Positions 16,611-24,184 of a stretch of 27,482 nucleotides of DNA are shown here, one piece after another. The position numbers and the translations under genes are program-made. Below the pieces are notes generated by a model. The model worked only from the letters and a program-made list of their open reading frames with translations. It did not search any database and had not been told where the DNA came from. The stretch spans positions 1 through 27,482 of the forward strand of contig DASZKB010000061.1 of the NCBI GenBank assembly GCA_035947475.1, read 5' to 3'. The DNA is from Gaiellaceae bacterium (GTDB lineage: Bacteria; Actinomycetota; Thermoleophilia; Gaiellales; Gaiellaceae). Numbering within the stretch: position 1 is the first letter of the stretch; every line of letters begins with the position of its first letter.

Positions 16611-17609
16611 ATGCGCCGGGAAGACCTGCCACCGCACAGGACCGCGACGTACGTCCTCCCGCGCTGGAAGGTCGTGTACGTCTCGGTTCCGAAGGCCGCG
16701 TGCACCAGCATCAAGTGGTTGATCGCCGAGCTCCAGGAGGAGGATCCGGACCGCTTCCACACCGCGCTGACGCGCGAGGTCGGCCGCGGTATGACGATCC
16801 ACCGGCGCCGCCGGTGGCAGCGGACGCCGATGCTCGACGGGCTCTCGGACGAGGAGCTCGCCGACGTCGCGCCCGAGCGCGGCTGGCTCGTCTTCGCGGT
16901 CGTGCGGCACCCGACCGAGCGGCTGTGGTCGGCGTGGCAGTCGAAGTTCCTCCTCCGCGAGCCGAAATGGGTCGACCGGTTCTGCGAGGAGCCGTGGTTC
17001 CCGCGGGTCCCGGAGTCGACGCAGGACGTCGTCGAGGACTTCCAGCGGTTCGTCCGCTCGCTCGCCGACGTTCCGGATCAGCGCGTCCTCCGCGATCGTC
17101 ACTTCCAGCCTCAGACCGAGCTCCTGACGCCCGAGCGGACGCCGTACACCCGGATCTACAAGACGCGCGAGATCCCGGAGCTCCTCGGCGATCTCGACGC
17201 GCATCTGCGGGCGCAGGGCTGGGACGGCTCGCTCGGCCTCGACGCGAAGAACGAGACGCCGCTTCGCCCGCTCGCCGCCATGTTCTCGCCCGAGACGATC
17301 GACGGGATCCGGCGGGTCTACGGCCGGGACTTCGAGGTCTTCGCCTACGCGAACGTGGAGCCCGAGGCGCTCGAGCCGAGCGGCGAGTACGACGAAGCGG
17401 CGATTCGGATGCTCGGCAGGCTCGTCGAGCGCGGCGAGCGCATCGGCGATCTCGCCGGCCGCGCGCAACGCCTGTACGTCGCGCAAAACGCGAGCCGACA
17501 GGAGGCGAGGGAGCTGCGGCGCCGGGTCGCGCAGCTCGAGGCGACGCTCAACAGCCGGCTCGCCCACAAGGTACGACGGCGGGTCCTCGGAGCGTTGAGC
17601 CGGGCTTAA
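16611..17609 (+). CDS. Carbohydrate sulfotransferase (Sulfotransfer_2 type) with a C-terminal coiled coil
   Basis: YVSVPKAACTSIK (5'-PSB), FAVVRHPTERLWSAW (3'-PB RxPxxRxxS), DRHFQPQ. Heptad-like tail AQNASRQEARELRRRVAQLEATLNSRL. Confidence 0.8.
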   Translation: MRREDLPPHRTATYVLPRWKVVYVSVPKAACTSIKWLIAELQEEDPDRFHTALTREVGRGMTIHRRRRWQRTPMLDGLSDEELADVAPERGWLVFAVVRHPTERLWSAWQSKFLLREPKWVDRFCEEPWFPRVPESTQDVVEDFQRFVRSLADVPDQRVLRDRHFQPQTELLTPERTPYTRIYKTREIPELLGDLDAHLRAQGWDGSLGLDAKNETPLRPLAAMFSPETIDGIRRVYGRDFEVFAYANVEPEALEPSGEYDEAAIRMLGRLVERGERIGDLAGRAQRLYVAQNASRQEARELRRRVAQLEATLNSRLAHKVRRRVLGALSRA

Positions 17610-17640
17610 CCAGCCGTCGGGTCGATCGTCGACCGAGAAC

Positions 17641-18909
17641 GTGAAGATCCGCTTCCTCATCGCGAACGCCTACGGCGTCGGCGGAACCATCAAGGCGACC
17701 TACAACCTCGCGGGAGAGCTGGCGAAGCGCCACGACGTCGAGATCGTGAGCGTGCAGAAGCACCGCGACTCACCCGCTTTCGGAGTTCCTCAGGGCGTCC
17801 GGTTGCGGGCGCTCGTCGACCGCTCGCCGCGCGCGAAGCGCGCCGACGAGACGCGGGCAGGGGCCCTCCCGCGCGCGAAGGGGAAGCTGAAGGCGTGGGC
17901 GCGGGAGCGGCCGAGCCGCGTCGTCCACCCGGGGGACTTCCGCTACAAGAACTTCAACCTCTTCACCGACCTCCGGCTCGTCCAGTTTCTCCGCTCGCTC
18001 GACGACGAGATCGTGATCGGGACGCGCGCGGGGCTCAACCTCGCGGTTGCCCGGTTCGCCCGTCCCTCGGCGATCCGCGTGGGGCAGGAGCACCTGAACA
18101 TGACGAAGTACGGCCAGGAGATCCAAGCGGCCTTCCGCAGGTACTACCCGCGGCTCGACGTCTATTCCGCGCTCACCCAGGGCGACGCGGACGCCTTCTC
18201 CGAGCTGCTCGGCCCGGACGCGCGCGTCGTCTGCATCCCGAACGGGGTTCCGGATGTCGGCGGCGCGCGCTCCTCGACCGAGGGGAACGTCGCGATCGCG
18301 GCCGGGCGACTCACCCCCCAGAAGGGCTTCGACCGGCTGCTACCGGCCTGGGTGGAGGTCGCGCGCAAGCACCCCGACTGGGAGCTTCGGATCTTCGGGG
18401 GCGGGAAGCTCAGGCGGCGCCTGGAGAGGCGGATCGAGGAGCTCGGGATCGGCGACACCGCACGGCTCATGGGGTACACCGACGAGCTGCCCCAGGAGAT
18501 GGCGAAGGCGGCGTTCTACGTCATGAGCTCGCGCTTCGAGGGCTTCCCGATGGTGCTGCTCGAAGCGATGCGCTGCGGGCTCCCGATCGTGAGCTTCGAC
18601 TGCCCGAACGGCCCGCGCGACCTCATCAGCCACGGGCAGGACGGCTTCCTCGTCCCCGACGGCGACGTCGACGCCCTCGCGGCGGCGATGATCGAGATGA
18701 TCGAGCTCGGCGACGCGCGGCGCTCGTTCGGCGACGCCGCGCTCGAGAAGGCGAAGCAGTACGAGATGCCCGCGATCTCCCGGCGGTGGGAGCAGCTTCT
18801 GGAGGAGATCCTCGAGGAGCGCCGGCGCTCCCGCGCCCTCACGCGAGCGCCGGCCGCACGCTCCTCCACAGGAGGATCAGCGCGCCGGGGAGCGCCGCGA
18901 GGACCGTGA
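17641..18909 (+). CDS. GT4 glycosyltransferase (AmsD-like), paralog of 10922-12208
   Basis: KIRFLIANAYGVGGTIK, GQEHLN, AAGRLTPQKGFD, SSRFEGFPMVLLEAM, FDCPNGP. Confidence 0.9.
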   Translation: MKIRFLIANAYGVGGTIKATYNLAGELAKRHDVEIVSVQKHRDSPAFGVPQGVRLRALVDRSPRAKRADETRAGALPRAKGKLKAWARERPSRVVHPGDFRYKNFNLFTDLRLVQFLRSLDDEIVIGTRAGLNLAVARFARPSAIRVGQEHLNMTKYGQEIQAAFRRYYPRLDVYSALTQGDADAFSELLGPDARVVCIPNGVPDVGGARSSTEGNVAIAAGRLTPQKGFDRLLPAWVEVARKHPDWELRIFGGGKLRRRLERRIEELGIGDTARLMGYTDELPQEMAKAAFYVMSSRFEGFPMVLLEAMRCGLPIVSFDCPNGPRDLISHGQDGFLVPDGDVDALAAAMIEMIELGDARRSFGDAALEKAKQYEMPAISRRWEQLLEEILEERRRSRALTRAPAARSSTGGSARRGAPRGP

Positions 18910-19798
18910 CGACGTAGAAGACGACGCCGGTGGCGAAGGCGGCGTCGGCCGAGACGTCGAACTGGGCCAGGAAGGCGACGAAGAACGCCTCGCGGACTCC
19001 GAGGCCGTTGATCGTGAACGGCACCATCATGACGAGGAAGAGGAGCGGCCCCAGGAGGAGGTACGGAAGCGGCGACATCTCCACTCCGATCGCTTCTCCG
19101 CACAGCCAGATGGCCCCGAACCGAGGGAGCTGGACGGCGAGCGTCGCGAGGAGGACGAGGCCGAGAACGCCGGGGCGCGACCGATAGTCGTGCATGGCGA
19201 GGTAGAGGCTCGAGAGCGGACGTTCGAGCCGGACGCGGCGTCCCAGCGGGAAGACGGTCCCGACGAGATGCCGGCTCGTCCGCCGCGAGAAGAGCAGCAC
19301 CGCGACGAGTGCGAGGACGGCGGCGAACGCGAGCTCGACCCAGACGATGAGCCGAAGGTTCTCGAAGCGGCCCGCGACGACCGCGAGCCCGAGGGCGACC
19401 ATGAGGAGCGTCCCGGCCGCCCCGACTGCCCGCTCCATGAGCACCGCGGCAACCGTCTCGCCCTTCACCGTCGGCCGCCGGCGCGCGTGCTCGACGATCC
19501 GGACCGCGTCGCCGCCGATCGTGGTCGGCAGCACCTGGCCTGCGGCGTAGCTCACGAAATAGAGCTTCGTGAGCCAGCCGAGCGGCTCGTGGATCCCCTT
19601 GGACGCGAGTAGGAGCTGCCAACGCCACGACATTCCCCACGTCGTCACGAGGAAGATCGCGAGGGCGGCGACGAGGTACGCGGGGTTGCTCGACGCGATC
19701 AGAGAGGCGGTCCGATCGACGTCGACGAGCCAGAGCAGGTACGCGACGAGGCCGCCGCTGACTGCGATCTGGAGAGCGAGGCCCAGAGGACGCCTCAC
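18839..19798 (-). CDS. Lysylphosphatidylglycerol-synthase-TM/UPF0104 flippase-like membrane protein
   Basis: SWRWQLLL, GQVLPTTIGGDAVR, AAVLMER, VPFTINGLGVREAFF. GTG start at 19798. The 769-aa ORF-track call extends antisense through the GT2 gene. Confidence 0.82.
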   Translation of the reverse strand: MRRPLGLALQIAVSGGLVAYLLWLVDVDRTASLIASSNPAYLVAALAIFLVTTWGMSWRWQLLLASKGIHEPLGWLTKLYFVSYAAGQVLPTTIGGDAVRIVEHARRRPTVKGETVAAVLMERAVGAAGTLLMVALGLAVVAGRFENLRLIVWVELAFAAVLALVAVLLFSRRTSRHLVGTVFPLGRRVRLERPLSSLYLAMHDYRSRPGVLGLVLLATLAVQLPRFGAIWLCGEAIGVEMSPLPYLLLGPLLFLVMMVPFTINGLGVREAFFVAFLAQFDVSADAAFATGVVFYVVTVLAALPGALILLWRSVRPALA

Positions 19799-19805
19799 GG
19801 CGGCG

Positions 19806-19811
19806 AGGCTA
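19806..19811 (-). promoter_or_regulatory. Candidate -10 (TAGCCT) 7 nt before GTG 19798; leaderless
   Basis: One of two back-to-back TANNNT hexamers in a 54-bp divergent gap. Confidence 0.45.
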
Positions 19812-19840
19812 CCAGCGGGATTGCGCCCGAGCCGCGGCGG

Positions 19841-19846
19841 TACTGT
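19841..19846 (+). promoter_or_regulatory. Candidate -10 (TACTGT) 6 nt before GTG 19853; leaderless
   Basis: Second hexamer of the 54-bp divergent gap. Confidence 0.45.
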
Positions 19847-19852
19847 ACGCCG

Positions 19853-21442
19853 GTGGCGGTGAAGGTCAGCGTCGTCGTCCCGGTCTACAACCCCGGGCCG
19901 CACATCGACCGCCTGATCGCGTCGCTTCTCCGGCAGTCGCTGCCGCGGGATGAGTTCGAGGCCGTCTTCGTCGACGACGGCTCCACGGACGGAACGGGTG
20001 AGCGGCTCGACGCGCTGTCGGCCGAGCACGCGAACTTCACGGTCGTCCACATCCCGAACTCGGGCTGGCCCGGCCGGCCGCGGAACGTCGGCATCGACAC
20101 AGCGCGCGGCACGTACGTCTACTTCGTCGACAACGACGACTGGCTCGGCGACGAGGCGCTCGAGCGCCTGTACGCCATGGCGGAGCGGAACGCCTCCGAT
20201 GTCGTGATCGGGAAGATGGCGGGCCATGGCCGCCGCGTTCCCAGGGAGCTCTTCGCCGCCACCCGCGACCGCGTATCCGTCGAGAGCTTCCCCCCGCTCA
20301 CGGCCGCCGAGTTCGGCATCGACCCGCTCACCCCCCACAAGCTCTTTCGACGGGCGTTCCTCGACGAGCACGCGATCCGGTTCCCGGAGGGGCGCCGCCG
20401 GCTGGAGGATCACGTCTTCGTGATGCAGGCGTACGTTCGCGCCGACGTCATCTCCGTGCTCGCCGACTACGTCTGCTACCACTGGGTTCGGCGACGCGAC
20501 AACCGGAACGCCGCCAACATCCGGCTCGATCCGCGGGGCTACTTCGAGAACGGCCGGGAGGTGCTCGACATCGTCGAGCGCCACACCCCGCCGGGCCCCC
20601 TGCGCGACCGCCTCATCGCGGCGTGGTACGAGGGAAAGATGCTCTGGCGCGTCGGTGAGGGGAAGCTTCTCGCCTACGAGCCGGACTACCGCCGCGAGCT
20701 CTTCGCCGAGATTCGGCGCCTCGCGCTCGAGCGGTTCGGTCCCGACGTCGTCGCGCGCCTCCCCGCCCACCTGCGCGTGCGCTCGGCGCTTCTCCAGGCC
20801 GGCGACCTGGAGCGGTTGCTGGCGCTCGCGCGCGTCGAGAGCGGGCTGGAGCCGACGGCCCTGCTCGAGGAGGCGAGACCGGACGCGGGTCGACTGGTTC
20901 TGCGGCTGAGCGGGCGGCTTTCCTACGAAGGCGGAGCGCCTCTCGCTTTCCGACGCGACGGCGAGAAGCTCTACTGGGACCCTCCCGTCGACTTGGGCAC
21001 CGCCGTCTCGCTCGCCGACCGGGAGGTGACGGGCGAGCTCGAAACGAGCCGGATCGACGTCTTCGTCCGCTCGCGCAAGGAGCGCGCGGAGTTCTTCCTG
21101 CCGGCCGACTCGGCGGTCGTGCGGCACGACGATGACGACGGGCTGCACATCTCGCTCGAGGCCGAGGCCCGGCTCGATCCCGTCACCGCCGGGGCGGGAA
21201 GCCCGCTCGCTCGCGACCTCTGGGACGTCCTCGCCTGCGTTCGGACGGCCGGCTGGGCCCGGGTCGTGCCGGTCTCCTCAGCGACCGAGCCAGCGTCCGC
21301 CGCGATGAGCCCCGCCGTTGGCGGCGACGGCGTTCGCATGACCCCTCGCTCGACGGCTCGAGGGACGCTCGCCGTCGCGATCGGCCCCGTGCGGTCGCGA
21401 AGCGCGCGCCCTCGCTTCGCTTCGACCCTGCTCCGCCGCTGA
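19853..21442 (+). CDS. GT2 glycosyltransferase, TarS/TarP-like, with a C-terminal beta-rich domain
   Basis: VSVVVPVYN, VDDGSTD, NSGWPGRPRN, FVDNDD (DxD), GKMAGHGRRVP, LTPHKLFR, FPEGRRRLEDHVFVMQAY. This order of motifs parallels, from memory, S. aureus TarS (NSGGPGKPRN, KMKGVNGRGVP, LSPTKIYR, FPEELKSAEDQLFTMKAY). Confidence 0.88.
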   Translation: MAVKVSVVVPVYNPGPHIDRLIASLLRQSLPRDEFEAVFVDDGSTDGTGERLDALSAEHANFTVVHIPNSGWPGRPRNVGIDTARGTYVYFVDNDDWLGDEALERLYAMAERNASDVVIGKMAGHGRRVPRELFAATRDRVSVESFPPLTAAEFGIDPLTPHKLFRRAFLDEHAIRFPEGRRRLEDHVFVMQAYVRADVISVLADYVCYHWVRRRDNRNAANIRLDPRGYFENGREVLDIVERHTPPGPLRDRLIAAWYEGKMLWRVGEGKLLAYEPDYRRELFAEIRRLALERFGPDVVARLPAHLRVRSALLQAGDLERLLALARVESGLEPTALLEEARPDAGRLVLRLSGRLSYEGGAPLAFRRDGEKLYWDPPVDLGTAVSLADREVTGELETSRIDVFVRSRKERAEFFLPADSAVVRHDDDDGLHISLEAEARLDPVTAGAGSPLARDLWDVLACVRTAGWARVVPVSSATEPASAAMSPAVGGDGVRMTPRSTARGTLAVAIGPVRSRSARPRFASTLLRR

Positions 21443-21603
21443 TCCGGCGGGCTCGCGCACTCGTTCGCCCCTTCGTCCGGAGCCTGCGCCGCCGACGGTC
21501 GCGCGGGGATCGTCTCGACGAGAGGGCGGTCGTCACCGCGTTTCGCCGTCTCGCCGAGGCCGACCTCGCCGGCACGCGCCGCTCGGCGCTCGTTCGACGG
21601 ACG

Positions 21604-22218
21604 GTGATCGACCAGTTCCACCGCCTGTACTACCACTCGCCGAGACGGACCTGGAAGAACACGCGCTTTCTCGGCGTCCCCGTCTGGAAGAGCCCGCTCG
21701 ACCTCTGGGTCTACCAGGAGCTCGTCTACGAGGTTCGTCCCGACGTCATCGTCGAGGCGGGGACGAAGTTCGGGGGGAGCGCGTACTACTTCGCGAGGCT
21801 CTTCGACCTGCTCGGCCACGGCGAGGTGGTGACCATCGACGTGAAGGAGCAGCCGAACCGGCCGGAGCACCCGCGCATCACGTACGTGACCGGCTCTTCG
21901 ACGGACCCGGCCGTGGCCGAGCGCGTCGACGCTCTCGTCGCGGGCCGGAAGCCGCTCGTCGTCCTCGACTCGGCTCACAAGCGCGATCACGTTCTCGAAG
22001 AACTGCGGATCTGGGGCGCGCGCGTCCCCGTCGGGTCGTACGTGGTCGTCGAGGACACGCACGCCGACGGCCACCCGGTGACGACGAACTTCGGCCCCGG
22101 GCCGTGGGACGCCGTCGAGCTCTTCCTCACCGAGAACGATGCGTTCGAGGTCGACACCTCGCGGCACAAGTTCTTCTTCACCTGGAACCGGCGCGGGTAC
22201 CTGAAGCGGGTGTCGTAG
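21604..22218 (+). CDS. CmcI-family (rhamnosyl-type) O-methyltransferase; may start at CTG 21439
   Basis: FLGVPVWKSPLDLWVYQEL, PDVIVEAGTKFGGSA, VVLDSAH, GSYVVVEDT, GPGPWDAV. The frame stays open and coding-like upstream, to the GT2 stop and beyond. Confidence 0.83.
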   Translation: MIDQFHRLYYHSPRRTWKNTRFLGVPVWKSPLDLWVYQELVYEVRPDVIVEAGTKFGGSAYYFARLFDLLGHGEVVTIDVKEQPNRPEHPRITYVTGSSTDPAVAERVDALVAGRKPLVVLDSAHKRDHVLEELRIWGARVPVGSYVVVEDTHADGHPVTTNFGPGPWDAVELFLTENDAFEVDTSRHKFFFTWNRRGYLKRVS

Positions 22219-22239
22219 CGCGGCGTGCGCCTGCCGCGC
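22218..22239 (+). terminator. Possible U-less hairpin terminator after the CmcI gene
   Basis: GCGCGGC-(8 nt loop)-GCCGCGC directly at the stop codon, followed by a -10-like TATCGT (22246-22251) for the next gene. Confidence 0.3.
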
Positions 22240-22265
22240 CGCCTCTATCGTTTACGCGGCTCCCG

Positions 22266-23498
22266 GTGAGGGTCCTCTACTTCGATCCCAAGTTCCTGAC
22301 GCCGCGCCACTCGGCGCCGACGCGCGCGTACTCGCTGGCGCGCCATCTCGTGGAGCGGGGACACAGCGTCACGATGGTCGCGCGGAACCCGAGCTGGCTG
22401 GACGTGTCCGCGAACGGGCGTCGGCGCAGCCCCGTCCTCCGCGAGCGCGTGGACGGCATCGACGTCCTCTGGACGAAGATTCCGTACGACCAGAGCTTCT
22501 CGAAGCGGAAGCGGCTCTTCTCCTACGGGACGTACGCGGCCGTTGCGAGCGTCGTCGCCGCGGGAGCCGCGCGCCCGGACGTCGTCTACGCCTCGTCGAC
22601 GCCGCTGACCGCCGGTGTCCCCGGTGCTGTCGCTTCCCGCCTGAAGGGCGTCCCGTTCGCCTTCGAGCTCCAGGACCTTTGGCCCGCCGTTCCAGCCGCG
22701 CTCGGCTTCCTGAACGGGCGGCGCGAGCTCGCGGCGGCCGAATGGCTCGAGCGGCGGCTCTACGAGAGCGCCGACCGGCTCGTCGTCTGCAGCGAGACGG
22801 TGCTGGAGGACCTCGCCAGGCGCGGGATCCGGCGCGAGAAGCTCGTCCTCGTTCCGAACCTGAGCGACGTCGATCTCTTCCACCCCGACGCAAGCGACGA
22901 GGGGTGGCGAGCACGCCTGGGCCTGGCAGGGAAGCTGGTGGCCCTGTACTCGGGATCCATGGGGGTCGCGAACGGCGTGTACCAGCTCGCCGATGCGGCC
23001 GCGGCGCTTCGTCGCTCGGGCGACGACCGGGTCGCGATCGTGGCCGTGGGAAGCGGAAGCGAGCGGGCCGCCCTCGAGCGGCGCGTCGCGAGTGAGGGCC
23101 TCGACAACCTCGTGGTGCTCCAGCCGGTCGCCCGCGAGGAGATGCCCGGCCTGGTCGCTTCGTGCGACGTCACCCTCACCGTCTTCGCGCCGAACCCGAT
23201 CCTCGCGCTCAACTCCCCGAACAAGTTCTTCGACTCGCTCGCGGCCGGAAAGCCGGTCGTCGTGAACGTCGACGGCTGGCTGCGGCGGCTCGTCGAGGAG
23301 AACGAGGCGGGCGTGTACGTCCCCGCGGGCGACGCGGAGGGCCTTGCGAGCGGCCTGAGGTCGCTTGCCGAGCGCCCCGAGCACCTCGCCGAGATGGGGC
23401 GAAACGCCCGCGCGCTCGCGACCCGCGAGTTCGCGCGCGACCTTCTCGCGGACCGGCTCGCGGCCACTCTGGAGGACCTTGCCGCCCGCGGGCGCTGA
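22266..23498 (+). CDS. GT4 glycosyltransferase (WbuB-like)
   Basis: TRAYSLARHL, YASSTPL, FELQDLWP, YSGSMGVAN, NSPNKFFDSLAAGKPVV. GTG start at 22266. Confidence 0.88.
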   Translation: MRVLYFDPKFLTPRHSAPTRAYSLARHLVERGHSVTMVARNPSWLDVSANGRRRSPVLRERVDGIDVLWTKIPYDQSFSKRKRLFSYGTYAAVASVVAAGAARPDVVYASSTPLTAGVPGAVASRLKGVPFAFELQDLWPAVPAALGFLNGRRELAAAEWLERRLYESADRLVVCSETVLEDLARRGIRREKLVLVPNLSDVDLFHPDASDEGWRARLGLAGKLVALYSGSMGVANGVYQLADAAAALRRSGDDRVAIVAVGSGSERAALERRVASEGLDNLVVLQPVAREEMPGLVASCDVTLTVFAPNPILALNSPNKFFDSLAAGKPVVVNVDGWLRRLVEENEAGVYVPAGDAEGLASGLRSLAERPEHLAEMGRNARALATREFARDLLADRLAATLEDLAARGR

Positions 23499-23535
23499 GG
23501 AACGCGGGCCGCCAGGCGGTCGACGCTACGAGGCC

Positions 23536-24138
23536 GTGAAGCGGGCGTTCGACGTCGTCGCCGCGTCCGCGTCCCTCGTCGCGGTCGCGCCCGTCGTGGC
23601 GGCCGTCGCCGTCGCCATCCGGGTCGAGAGCCCCGGCCCGGTCATCCTCCGCCAGCCGCGCGTGGGCCGCGGCGGGCGCGATTTCCCGATGTTCAAGTTC
23701 CGCACGATGGTCGTCGACGCGCACACGCTCGGCGCGGGGTGGCTCGTCGCCGAGAACGATCCGCGCATCACGCGCGTGGGAGCGTTCCTGCGCAAGTGGT
23801 CGCTCGACGAGCTGCCACAGCTCTTGAACGTCCTGCGGGGGGACATGAGCATCGTCGGCCCGCGGCCGACGCTCCGCTACCAGGTCGAGCAGTACACGCC
23901 CTTTCAGCGTCGCCGTCTCGAGGTGCGGCCCGGCATCACCGGGTGGGCGCAGATCTCCGGGCGGAATGAGCTCACGTGGCCGGAGCGCATCGAGTTCGAC
24001 GTCTGGTACGTCGACCACCGCTCGCTCCGGCTCGACGCGAAGATCCTCGCCCGGACGCTTCCGGTCGTACTCCGCGCCACCCGCGTCTACAACGACGCCC
24101 GCGGCGACTGGGGCGAGCGCGGGGCGGAGGGAGTCTAG
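23536..24138 (+). CDS. Priming polyprenol-phosphate phosphoglycosyl transferase (Bac_transf; small monotopic PGT)
   Basis: VKRAFDV, FKFRTM, DPRITRVGAFLRKWSLDELPQLLNVLRGDMSIVGPRP, RPGITGWAQ, DVWYV. GTG 23536 gives about 200 aa. Confidence 0.92.
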   Translation: MKRAFDVVAASASLVAVAPVVAAVAVAIRVESPGPVILRQPRVGRGGRDFPMFKFRTMVVDAHTLGAGWLVAENDPRITRVGAFLRKWSLDELPQLLNVLRGDMSIVGPRPTLRYQVEQYTPFQRRRLEVRPGITGWAQISGRNELTWPERIEFDVWYVDHRSLRLDAKILARTLPVVLRATRVYNDARGDWGERGAEGV

Positions 24139-24150
24139 GCGGTCGCGAGC

Positions 24151-24184
24151 GGCGTGCCGGCCGTGCGTATCAGCACGGGACGCC
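24151..24184. terminator. Possible bidirectional hairpin between the convergent PGT and hydrolase genes
   Basis: CCGTGC-GTATCA-GCACGG inner stem (24161-24178) with outer GGCGT/ACGCC pairing. Confidence 0.3.

Noticed and set aside
21604-22218. Cephalosporin/cephamycin biosynthesis from the CmcI label
   Set aside because: No beta-lactam genes are present. This family includes sugar O-methyltransferases, which fits the context.
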